This document shows, one piece after another, positions 19,066 to 27,499 of a stretch of DNA of 64,000 nt (positions are counted from its first letter, which is position 1; every line of letters begins with the position of its first letter). The position numbers were made by a program, and so were the translations under genes. This DNA comes from Phycisphaerae bacterium (GTDB taxonomy: Bacteria; Planctomycetota; Phycisphaerae; Phycisphaerales; UBA1924), in assembly GCA_016794925.1 (NCBI GenBank), contig JAEUIW010000014.1, positions 214 to 64,213 of the forward strand, given 5' to 3'. Under the pieces are notes generated by a model. The model made no database searches. It was not told the DNA's origin and worked only from the letters and a program-made list of their open reading frames with translations.

Positions 19066-20220
19066 TCATTTTTGAGGTTCGGGGTCCGGCCGCGGCGGCG
19101 TGGCGAGGCTCGCTCGCCACGCGGAATCCACTTCCGCGAACGGCTGGCCGAGCGCCCCGAGACTGGCGGCGTCCAAGTCTTTTCCCTGGGCCAGCAGCCT
19201 CAGCCACGCATTGCGCCGCTCACGTCCGAATTGGTCGGAAACGAATCCCAACATGTGGTGGCCCTGGGTGTACACGTGCCCCATCCATCGTGGCTCGGTC
19301 TTATGAAAATCCGCCATATCTTCCCACTTGGCCAGCGATCCGGCCTTGGCCCACGCACGCACGGTCCGATCGGTGCGGGTGCGCGAGGCGGAGAATTGTT
19401 CCGCGGCCAGCTCCGCGGCTCCCTCCAGCACCCACCAGGGCATGTCGCTGGCGTGCGCACCGTACGTGAAGGTGGCGACGTGCCCAAATTCGTGGCCGAG
19501 CAGGACCTTGAGTCCGGCCTCGGACTGGCCCTCGCCGGCCAGGATCTTGATTGACTCTTCCGGCTCGTTCCAACCGCCCAGGCCGTCGGTGTAGCTGAGG
19601 TAGATTGAGGCCTGAAGATGCTTCATGTCGGCGTAGAGCTTGACCTCCTGCACCGCGGGGCCCTTGGTCTGGTACCCCTCTTCGACGTGCGCGCGGACGG
19701 CGGGCATCACGTTGACGACGCGCTGGGCAACCTGGGCGAGCGGGTTGGGCGCATCCCCCACCGCGGGAGCGAAGAGGACCTTGACGCCCTCGCCCTCGAT
19801 CACGTCCCAGCGCTCGCCACGATAGAGCCACTTGTCGCCGACGCGCGCGAAGCCGGCGGGGAAGGTAAGTGTGCGAGAGGATTTCTCGTCCCATCCCTTC
19901 ATGCGCCACTTGGTGACGAGCGTGAAGGTGGCCGCGTGGTCCTCGAACTGGGCGGGCGCGGCGTCGTCGACGCTCAGCGAGAACTCGGCCGCGGGAACGC
20001 GGCCGAGGTCGCGGGCCCAGTTGAACTGCTCCTTGAAGAAAACGGGGTCCTCGTTCGACACGTGGGCGAGGTAGGCGTCGCGATCGGCGGCGAGCACGGC
20101 CCGGGTCATGCCCGCGAGCGCGGCCTCGACCGCGGCACGGTCGGCGCGAGCCTCGGGAGGTCCGGCGAGGCTCAGAAGAAGACCAGCGATCGGGGCGCGG
20201 AGCGCGACGGGGTGAATCAC
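19066..20220 (-). CDS. secreted zinc metallopeptidase (HExxH, MA-clan-like)
   Basis: GTG start preceded by GGAGG (7-nt spacer). Signal VIHPVALRAPIAGLLLSLAGPPEARA. Zincin motif LLGHEFGHV, with a downstream EGAAEL as possible third ligand. Confidence 0.7.
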   Translation of the reverse strand: MIHPVALRAPIAGLLLSLAGPPEARADRAAVEAALAGMTRAVLAADRDAYLAHVSNEDPVFFKEQFNWARDLGRVPAAEFSLSVDDAAPAQFEDHAATFTLVTKWRMKGWDEKSSRTLTFPAGFARVGDKWLYRGERWDVIEGEGVKVLFAPAVGDAPNPLAQVAQRVVNVMPAVRAHVEEGYQTKGPAVQEVKLYADMKHLQASIYLSYTDGLGGWNEPEESIKILAGEGQSEAGLKVLLGHEFGHVATFTYGAHASDMPWWVLEGAAELAAEQFSASRTRTDRTVRAWAKAGSLAKWEDMADFHKTEPRWMGHVYTQGHHMLGFVSDQFGRERRNAWLRLLAQGKDLDAASLGALGQPFAEVDSAWRASLATPPRPDPEPQK

Positions 20221-20284
20221 AGATGAGCCTCCGGGGGTGGGATGAGCGGGATTGTTGGTCGGGCGTCGCCGCCGCGACGTCCGG

Positions 20285-20899
20285 TCAGACGCGGCAGGGA
20301 GCGGGGACGCGCGGCGGGCATCCCGGATCGGGAGCATCGGGCCGGCCCGCGCGCGCGGATTCGTACGCGGCGTGGTGCGGCTCGGAGACGCACACGAAGC
20401 GGATGAGACGGACGTGGCGGGCAAGGGGCGCCCACACACGAACGGCGCGGAGCGCAACGCGGGCCGCCCTCGCGACCGGGTAGCCGTACGCGCCGGTGCT
20501 GATGCACGGGAACGCGATGGTGAGGAACCGGCGTTCGTCGGCGATGGTCAGTGCACGCTGGTGGCAGCTCGCGAGCAGGCCGTCGGATTCCGATTCGGGC
20601 CGTTCACCCCATACCGGTCCGACCGTGTGGATGACGTGCGGCGCCGGCAGCGCGTGCCCGGCGGTGAGTCGTGCATGGCCGGTCGGGCAGCGGACGCCCG
20701 GGGCAAGCTCCCGGATGGCGCGGCATTCGGCGCGGAGTCCGGGCCCGGCCGCCGTGTGGATCGCCCCGTCCACGCCACCGCCGCCGAGCAGCGAGGGGTT
20801 GGCCGCGTTCACAACGGCATCGACCGGCTGCGTTGTGAGATCCCCGCGAACGACCTCGATGATCGTGCGGTCGGTGGGGGTGCCGCGGGAGTCCGCCAT
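20285..20899 (-). CDS. macro-domain protein (O-acetyl-ADP-ribose deacetylase, YmdB-like)
   Basis: VDAVVNAANPSLLGGGGVDGAIHTAAGP...ISTGAYGYP hallmark macro-domain motifs. Start taken at MADSRGT. Upstream in-frame sequence also has high GC3, so a longer N-terminus cannot be excluded. Confidence 0.85.
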   Translation of the reverse strand: MADSRGTPTDRTIIEVVRGDLTTQPVDAVVNAANPSLLGGGGVDGAIHTAAGPGLRAECRAIRELAPGVRCPTGHARLTAGHALPAPHVIHTVGPVWGERPESESDGLLASCHQRALTIADERRFLTIAFPCISTGAYGYPVARAARVALRAVRVWAPLARHVRLIRFVCVSEPHHAAYESARAGRPDAPDPGCPPRVPAPCRV

Positions 20900-21315
20900 G
20901 CGGGAGCGTAGCGCCCAGCACACGCGCCGCTCGAACCTCCGCATCGGGCCCATGCCGGCGAGAATGATCTCCACGCCCTGCACGCGCCCGAGCGTGACGA
21001 CGCGGGCCCGTCCAGTGCGCGCGAGTTGATCGATGACCCGCGGCGTCGGCGAAGCGGGCGTTGATCCCCGCGGACAGGCCGTTGCCACGCCGCGGAAAGG
21101 GGCGAGCATGAGCCGAAGTGACGTGATGAGGCACGGAGAGCCGGGCGTGGGCATGCAATTGCCCACTGACGGGAGATCGTGAGGACGGCACGAAGATCGG
21201 GGAAACCGGGAGACCGGGCGAGGCCGAACGCGCGCCGATGGTGTCGAGATACGATGATCCGCCACCGCGGCCGAGGGTCTTTCGATGCCCGGCACGCGCG
21301 AGGCCCGGAGGCCGC

Positions 21316-21897
21316 ATGTCCCTGCGCTGGCGCACGCAGAAGTTGTGGACGCTCGACGCGGTGGACGCGCCGCCGGCGCGATCCGACGCCCGCGCACCCG
21401 GGGCGGGACGCGTCGTTCCCGCCGAGCACGTCGCGGAATCCAAGGCCGCCGACTTCGGCACGCTGGAGATCGACCTGGCGTCGATGTGGGTCAAGTTCGC
21501 GGACGCGGTTCGGCACGCGTACGCGGGCGAGACACCGGACTGCAACCTCGTCGTGGCCTGGGTCCATCCCGACGGCGGCGAATTCGGTATCCGGCCGCTT
21601 CGGGTTGGCGCCAGGACGGGTTCGGACGCCCGATCACGCACGATCGGTCGCTGCGGCGTGCGTCTGCACAGCGACCTGATCGACCGCATGTACCACAACC
21701 TGCGCTCGTTGGAGGACGCCGCGACATTCAACCCCGCGTACGAAGGGCTGATGCGGCGGTGCATCGATGCCCTCCGATCCGCGGCCGGGTCGCCCCGAGC
21801 GTCGTTCGCGCTCGATCGCGTCCGTCGGGCCTGGCAGGCCGATTTTGTCGTGCAGGAGCACGCCGACGGAGGCCGCCGGGAACCGCTCGGCCGCTAG
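21316..21897 (+). CDS. hypothetical protein
   Basis: ATG at 21316 with GGAGG 4 nt upstream. Balanced composition. No recognisable motif. Confidence 0.5.
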   Translation: MSLRWRTQKLWTLDAVDAPPARSDARAPGAGRVVPAEHVAESKAADFGTLEIDLASMWVKFADAVRHAYAGETPDCNLVVAWVHPDGGEFGIRPLRVGARTGSDARSRTIGRCGVRLHSDLIDRMYHNLRSLEDAATFNPAYEGLMRRCIDALRSAAGSPRASFALDRVRRAWQADFVVQEHADGGRREPLGR

Positions 21898-22045
21898 CGG
21901 AGTTGGGGCCGGACGCGTGGTCGAGCCGAAAGAACTCTGGTCGCGCGGTTCGGCCCTGCGAGCACGGTGAGTGGGGTGCGGGACCCGGGCGCCTCGTGGG
22001 CGCGTGCTCCGGCTGACCGTCGCAACCCCATTGGAACGCATCACC

Positions 22046-22618
22046 ATGATGGAACTGCTCGCGTTGTGGAAACCGATCCTGCTCAGCGCCGCGCTGGTCT
22101 TCGTCGCCAGCTCGATCATCTGGATGGCGCTGCCCATCCACAAGAACGACTACAAGGGACCCGGTGACAAGGAGGAGGGGTTGATCGCGGCGCTGCGGAC
22201 CGCGGGGCTGAGCCCGGGCGTCTACTACCTGCCCTGGTGCGGCCAGCAGAACCCCAACGACCCCGCGGTGCGGGCGAAACTGAGCGCCGGGCCGTGGGCG
22301 CTGCTCTCGGTGCAACCGGGCCCGCCCAACATGGGCAAGATGCTCGGCGCGTGGTTCACGCACTTGCTGATCGTGTCCGTGTTCGTGGCGTATGTCGCCG
22401 CGAATTCGGGAATGGGCGACAAGGCGCCGTACCTAGAGGTCTTCCGGCTGGCGGGGACGACGGCGCTGCTGGCGCACGCGGGCTACGCCATGCCCATGAG
22501 CATCTGGCACGGGCTGCCGTGGTCGCACCTGCCGGGCCGGGTCTTCGACGGCGTGGTGTACGCGTTGCTGACGGCGGGATCGTTCGCGTGGCTCTGGCCG
22601 CGGGTCGCGGCGGGATAA
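22046..22618 (+). CDS. hypothetical integral membrane protein
   Basis: MMELLALWKPILLSAALVFVASSIIWMAL plus three further hydrophobic segments. Confidence 0.6.
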   Translation: MMELLALWKPILLSAALVFVASSIIWMALPIHKNDYKGPGDKEEGLIAALRTAGLSPGVYYLPWCGQQNPNDPAVRAKLSAGPWALLSVQPGPPNMGKMLGAWFTHLLIVSVFVAYVAANSGMGDKAPYLEVFRLAGTTALLAHAGYAMPMSIWHGLPWSHLPGRVFDGVVYALLTAGSFAWLWPRVAAG

Positions 22619-22693
22619 GTCCCCTCCTCACCGCTGCCGCACGCGCCGCGTCGCCGGCCACGCGGCGAAACCACCCCTCCCGACGCACGTCGC

Positions 22694-23665
22694 TCAGACC
22701 TCGGACGCGCCCTCCCATTCCTCGATCGTGCGCGGCCAGTCATCGCGCAGCAGCCACGACAGCGAGCGATCCGCGAGCAGCCGCCCGCCGTTCTGGCACA
22801 CGGGGCAATAGTTGGTTTCGTGCTCCGCGTACACGATGCGCTGGACCGGGGCGCCGCACACCGGGCACGGCTCGCGGTAGCGGCCGTGGACGGCAAAGCC
22901 GGGCCGGAACGCCGTGATCTCGCCGGGACGAGGGAACCGCCCCGTGTTGTCGGTGCCCCCGCCGACCACGCGGCCCAGGCCGAACCGGCCACGCAGCTCG
23001 TCGGTCCATTTCAGGAGCACGCGCCGAGCCGCGGCGTGCAGCGCGGCGCAGCCGCCATCGTCCAGGCGGCCCGTCAACGCGACCGGGCTGAGCCGCGCCG
23101 CGTGCAGGATCTCATCTGAGTAGGCGTTGCCGATGCCGTCGAAGGTGCGCGGACTTGTAAGCGCCCGCTTGAGGGTGCGATTCTCGCGCCGCAGGGCCGC
23201 GGCGAACTCACCTTCCGAGCACCCGAGCACATCGAGACCGCCCGGGTTCATGGCCGCGAGCGCCGCTTCGCCGCGCACAAGCCAAAGCCCCGCGCGCTTC
23301 TTGGTCGACGCCTCGGTCAGCACCAACGTGCCGGGGGGCAGGGTTCCGTCACGCGCGCCCGCGCGCTCGAACGCAAGGGCGGCGAGATCGATCTTCGATG
23401 CGGGACGGGCGCCCGGCGGCTTCCACAGCAGCCGCCCGGCGATCATCAGGTGCAGCACGAGGAACAGCCCGCCCTCGGCGTGGAGCACGATTCGCTTGCC
23501 CAGCCGCGAGACCGCGATGACGGCGCGGCCCTCGACCGCCTCCGGCGGCGGATCGATGGTGCGGAGCAGAAAGGGGCTCCTGATGATGAGCCGCGCCAGC
23601 GTGGCCCCGACGACGCGGGGGCGCAGCACCTCGGTATAGACGGTGATGTCAGGAAGCTCGGGCAC
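22694..23665 (-). CDS. Fpg/Nei family DNA glycosylase / AP lyase
   Basis: N-terminal MPELPD catalytic Pro2-Glu3. H2TH motif FDGIGNAYSDEILHAARLSP. C-terminal zinc finger CPVCG...YCPVCQ. Confidence 0.85.
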   Translation of the reverse strand: MPELPDITVYTEVLRPRVVGATLARLIIRSPFLLRTIDPPPEAVEGRAVIAVSRLGKRIVLHAEGGLFLVLHLMIAGRLLWKPPGARPASKIDLAALAFERAGARDGTLPPGTLVLTEASTKKRAGLWLVRGEAALAAMNPGGLDVLGCSEGEFAAALRRENRTLKRALTSPRTFDGIGNAYSDEILHAARLSPVALTGRLDDGGCAALHAAARRVLLKWTDELRGRFGLGRVVGGGTDNTGRFPRPGEITAFRPGFAVHGRYREPCPVCGAPVQRIVYAEHETNYCPVCQNGGRLLADRSLSWLLRDDWPRTIEEWEGASEV

Positions 23666-23759
23666 GTCGAGACACTAATCGAGACGGCTTCACACCGTCC
23701 GCGCCGACTCACCTCGCAACCCGAACAATTATCCACCGGCAGGCAGCGGATCGATGTAA

Positions 23760-23788
23760 TTGCGTAGACCTGACCCGACTCGTATCCT
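23760..23788 (+). promoter_or_regulatory. candidate sigma70-like promoter of the DUF5131-TcmP cassette
   Basis: TTGCGT-N17-TATCCT in a low-G+C intergenic region, about 50 nt upstream of the GTG start at 23839 (AGGGGA 5 nt before the start). Confidence 0.35.
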
Positions 23789-23838
23789 AACAACATTCGG
23801 ATGCGAGCTCGCGCTCGCGAAGGGGCCAGGGGATCCAC

Positions 23839-24636
23839 GTGGCACAATCTTCTTCGATCGAGTGGACGGACGCGACTTGGAACCCAGTCGCCGGGTGTAC
23901 TCCCGTTTCGCCAGGCTGCTTGAATTGCTATGCGGCACGGATGGCGCTCCGCTTGGCCACCGTCGGAGGCCGGACGGGAGACAAGTACCGCGGCACCGCG
24001 AAGCGCTCGCGCGACGGGCGTCCGGTCTTTGCAGGGAAGATCAATACCGACCCGGACATGCTGGACGTGCCCTTGCGTTGGCGCAAGCCCAAGCGCATCT
24101 TCGTGAACTCGATGAGCGACCTGTTTCACGAGGGCGTGCCGCCCGCGTTCATCTCGCGGTGCTTTGACGTGATGAACCGAGCGCACTGGCACACGTTTCA
24201 GGTGCTGACCAAGCGGCCCGAGCGAGCGTTGCGGCTCGCGGCGGATCTGCCGTGGTCGCCAAACATCTGGCTAGGGACGAGCGTGGAGAGTGTGATGTAC
24301 ACGCACCGCGTTCACACGCTGACGAAGGTGAATCAGGCGACGACGAAGTTTCTGTCGGTCGAGCCGCTGCTCGGGCGCATTCCCAAGCTCCCTGTGGATG
24401 GGATCGACTGGGTGATCGTGGGAGGTGAGAGCGGACCAGGCGCTCGTCCGATGGAGGCTGAGTGGGTGCGCGAAATCCGCGACCGGTGCAACGATCACAA
24501 CGTCGCGTTCTTCTTCAAGCAATGGGGCGGGGTGAGGAAGTGTGAAACAGGGAGAAGGCTGGATCGACGGGTGTGGAACGAGATGCCACCGGAGCACGAT
24601 CATGTCCGTGAAGAGCCGCTGGCCATCCTTGCTTGA
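23839..24636 (+). CDS. DUF5131 / phage Gp37-Gp68 family protein (three-Cys motif)
   Basis: N-terminus SSIEWTDATWNPVAGCTPVSPGCLNCYA (family signature with CX6CX2C). Also F.NSMSDLFH, ..LTKRP.R, SVEPLL, DWVIVGGESGP.ARP, FFFKQWGG. Confidence 0.85.
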   Translation: MAQSSSIEWTDATWNPVAGCTPVSPGCLNCYAARMALRLATVGGRTGDKYRGTAKRSRDGRPVFAGKINTDPDMLDVPLRWRKPKRIFVNSMSDLFHEGVPPAFISRCFDVMNRAHWHTFQVLTKRPERALRLAADLPWSPNIWLGTSVESVMYTHRVHTLTKVNQATTKFLSVEPLLGRIPKLPVDGIDWVIVGGESGPGARPMEAEWVREIRDRCNDHNVAFFFKQWGGVRKCETGRRLDRRVWNEMPPEHDHVREEPLAILA

Positions 24637-24637
24637 G

Positions 24638-25462
24638 ATGGCGAAGGTAGACGATGGGCTTGCATTCCGGGACTGCGGCTCATGGACTGCGGACAAGCTG
24701 TTTTTTTGGCATGAGTACCTCAGCATTACGACGACCGCGATGGTCGGGAACTCGAATTGGAAGGCCGGACTCTCCTACGTGGATCTGTTTGCGGGACCCG
24801 GCATTTGCCGGGTGCGAGAGACTGGCCAGCGGCTTCCCGGGTCTGCGATAATCGCCGCGCACGCGCCGAAGCCGTTCGAAGTCATACATCTCGCGGAACT
24901 TGACGCGGGGTCGGCGGACGCGTGCGAAGCCCGAATGAAGCTATCGCCGGCCAAATCCCGGTTTCACATGCATCGCGGTGACTGCAATCAGCTGGTTCAC
25001 GCAATTGCCAAGGCACTGCCTCTTCGGAGCCTGACGCTCGCATTTGTCGATCCACCTGGCTTGGACATCGAGTTTGACTCACTACGCGCGCTATGCACGG
25101 GCCGCGCCGTTGATCTCCTGGTGCTCTTTGCGGATGCGGTCGATGCGGCTCGAAACGTTGATCTCTACGAGGCAGTTCCAGAGCACAAGATGGACCGCAT
25201 GCTGGGCGAGGGCTCGGAATGGAGGGACCGCTGGAGTAGGTTGCTAAACCGCGTTGGATTCAGGACGCGCGAGTTCTTTGCCAGCGAGTTCATCGAGCAA
25301 TTGAAAAAGCACCTAAAATACACCGTGTTTCGGCAGCACACGATGGCCGCGAAGGGCAAGCCGCTGTATCGCATCATCTACGCATCGCGCAATGATCGTG
25401 GCTTGGATTTCTGGAACAAGGCGGTGCGGAAGGACCGGCAAGGTCAGAGCGAATTGTTCTAG
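24638..25462 (+). CDS. three-Cys-motif partner protein TcmP-like
   Basis: Immediately follows the DUF5131 gene (TGAGATG junction; alternative overlapping ATG at 24602). Matches my recollection of TIGR04474 context and size. Contains VDLFAGPG and FVDPPG motifs. Low G+C. Confidence 0.7.
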   Translation: MAKVDDGLAFRDCGSWTADKLFFWHEYLSITTTAMVGNSNWKAGLSYVDLFAGPGICRVRETGQRLPGSAIIAAHAPKPFEVIHLAELDAGSADACEARMKLSPAKSRFHMHRGDCNQLVHAIAKALPLRSLTLAFVDPPGLDIEFDSLRALCTGRAVDLLVLFADAVDAARNVDLYEAVPEHKMDRMLGEGSEWRDRWSRLLNRVGFRTREFFASEFIEQLKKHLKYTVFRQHTMAAKGKPLYRIIYASRNDRGLDFWNKAVRKDRQGQSELF

Positions 25463-25467
25463 GTCCG

Positions 25468-27192
25468 CTACAACTCCACCACCTGCATATCCGCCGTCTG
25501 CTCCACCGGCACGCTCGCGGCACACACACCCGTCGCGAACACGCTCAACTCGCCGGGGTGTCGCGTCGCCATCGCGCTCCGCGCGTTCGCCGCGTTGAAG
25601 TGCGTACACAGCCCCGCCGCGGCCAGTGCCGCATCGCCCCCGGCGGCATGCACAAGATCGGTCCCGATCTGCGCCTCGGCGCGGGCGCCTTCGCGGGGTG
25701 GGATGGCCTGCTCGAAGGCCTGCACCATGCCCCGCGCGTTCTCGAAGGAGCCGGATTTTTCGACCCACGGCGCGCCCGGCAGCAGCACGTCGGCCCCGTC
25801 CGAAATCGGGCCCGCGAGGGTGTCGATCGCGACCACGAACTTGCCCGCGAGGGCGTCGAGCAACTCCTTGCCCGCCCAGCCGCCGGTCGTGTAGTTGCCG
25901 GTGACGATCACCCCGCCGATGTCGCTCGATCCGCCGCCCTTGCCCAGACGCGCCACCGCCTGCGCGTACGTCAGCACTCCCCCGCTCCCCGCGCCGAGCA
26001 CGGCCTCGAGCACGCGGCGCACGCCCCGCGCGTTGGGCGCCTTCTCGGCGTACACCCGGAAGGCGTTGGGCGCATCCGGCGCCGACCCCACGGGATACAC
26101 GCGGTCCTGCCCGCGGGTGGGGATCGGCCCCACCGCGGCGCCCGCGCGGGGGTCGAGGGCCCGTGCCGCGGCGGCCAGCGCGAACGCGTCCTCGCACGAG
26201 AGCATGGGGCTGACCATCAGCAGCAGACGCCCTCCGCCCGCGACGACTTTCTTCAGCCCCTCGGCGGCCTCGCGCAGGGCCCGGCCCCACTCCGTGCCCA
26301 CGGGCGTGCCGAACTGCCGGCGGCGGGGCTCGCCAAGCCGGTCGTCGGAGTGAACGTGCTTCCAGCCGAAACGCACCTCGTCGCTGATCCACCAGCGGTT
26401 CACGGCCATGTTGGTGCGCGGCTTGACACGGTACACCTTGCCCTCGTTGTGCTCGACGAGAATGTTGTCGCCGCTGGCGGTGATGCCGTCGATGCTGGGC
26501 GTGCTCTTGAGGAACCACACCCGCTGCGCGAAGAGGAAGTCCTTCTCGAGCAGCGCCCCCACCGGGCACAGGTCCACCACGTTGGCGCTGAGCTCGTTGT
26601 CCAGGGCCCGCCCGGGGAAGACGTCGATCTCCTCCTTGTTCCCGCGCCCCGAGACGCACAGCTCGGCCGTGCCCGAGACCTCGCGCGTGAAACGCACGCA
26701 GCGCGAGCACATGATGCAGCGGTCGGCGTACAGGTAGACGTGGGGGCCCAGGTCCTTCTTGGGCTGCTTGACCTTCTGCTCCTCGAAGCGGCTGGCGCCG
26801 CGCCCGTACTCGTAGCTGTAGTCCTGCAGGAAGCACTCGCCGGCCTGGTCGCACACCGGGCAGTCAAGCGGGTGATTGATGAGCAGGTACTCCATCACCG
26901 CCTTCTGGTTGGCGATCGACTTTGGCGAGTCCGTGTACACCACCATGCCCTCCGCCGCCGCGGTCTGGCAGGTGGGGAGCAGCTTGCCGCCCATCAACGG
27001 CTCGAGCGCGTTGTTGTTGCGGGGGTTGGGCGCCCACACCTCGGCCAGGCAGATGCGGCACGAGGCCACGATGCTCAGCCCGTCGTGGTAGCAGTACTGC
27101 GGCACAGCCACACTGGCGCGGTTCGCGGCCTGGAGGATCATCTCCCCGGGCTTAAACTCGCATTCCCGACCGTTGATCGTCAGCTTGGGCAT
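25468..27192 (-). CDS. nuoG: NADH-quinone oxidoreductase subunit G-like Fe-S protein
   Basis: 2Fe-2S ferredoxin N-terminus (CYHDGLSIVASCRICLAEV). HPLDCPVCDQAGECFLQD and CIMCSRCVRF 4Fe-4S motifs. Molybdopterin-oxidoreductase-like C-terminal half. Confidence 0.8.
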   Translation of the reverse strand: MPKLTINGRECEFKPGEMILQAANRASVAVPQYCYHDGLSIVASCRICLAEVWAPNPRNNNALEPLMGGKLLPTCQTAAAEGMVVYTDSPKSIANQKAVMEYLLINHPLDCPVCDQAGECFLQDYSYEYGRGASRFEEQKVKQPKKDLGPHVYLYADRCIMCSRCVRFTREVSGTAELCVSGRGNKEEIDVFPGRALDNELSANVVDLCPVGALLEKDFLFAQRVWFLKSTPSIDGITASGDNILVEHNEGKVYRVKPRTNMAVNRWWISDEVRFGWKHVHSDDRLGEPRRRQFGTPVGTEWGRALREAAEGLKKVVAGGGRLLLMVSPMLSCEDAFALAAAARALDPRAGAAVGPIPTRGQDRVYPVGSAPDAPNAFRVYAEKAPNARGVRRVLEAVLGAGSGGVLTYAQAVARLGKGGGSSDIGGVIVTGNYTTGGWAGKELLDALAGKFVVAIDTLAGPISDGADVLLPGAPWVEKSGSFENARGMVQAFEQAIPPREGARAEAQIGTDLVHAAGGDAALAAAGLCTHFNAANARSAMATRHPGELSVFATGVCAASVPVEQTADMQVVEL

Positions 27193-27499
27193 GTCCGCTC
27201 CGGTCTTTGTCCGTTCACCCGGGTATGCGCGTCGCTCATCAGCCAGGGCTTGGGTCGAGATGATAGCGACCGCGCCGTGCGCCCCCGTCAGTCATCGCAT
27301 CCAATGGTGATCAACCAAGGCCACCGGACAAGACCGGTAACCTCGGAGCCTGCCGGCGCGCGCCTCAATTTCGCCGCCTCTCAACAATAATGCCGGCGAT
27401 TGCAACTCCGAACTCTTGAATCCCGTTTGGTGAGTTGTAAACTCTTGCCGAAACAGGGCATAGCTTGCCGACACACCAGAATCAGGGAGAATTTGGCCC

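Noticed and set aside
20870-20885. Apparent one-base discrepancy (possible frameshift) in a G-run when I hand-indexed the macro-domain start
   Set aside because: Two independent track ORFs read through the run consistently with one fewer G than I counted. Hand counting of homopolymers is unreliable, so I used the track frame (start 20899).
20285-21897. Macro-domain gene plus divergent hypothetical gene as a DarTG-like toxin-antitoxin pair
   Set aside because: The genes are divergent and about 400 bp apart, not an operon. The macro domain is YmdB-like and stand-alone. The neighbour shows no ADP-ribosyltransferase motifs that I can recognise.
23839-25462. Prophage, suggested by the name phage Gp37/Gp68
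   Set aside because: There are no capsid, tail, terminase, integrase or repressor genes anywhere in the window. The family is widespread outside phages.
25313-27390. ORFs 25313..26854 (-) and 25558..27390 (+) overlapping nuoG
   Set aside because: The nuoG frame carries all the Fe-S motifs. These alternatives are Arg/Gly/Pro-rich shadows.
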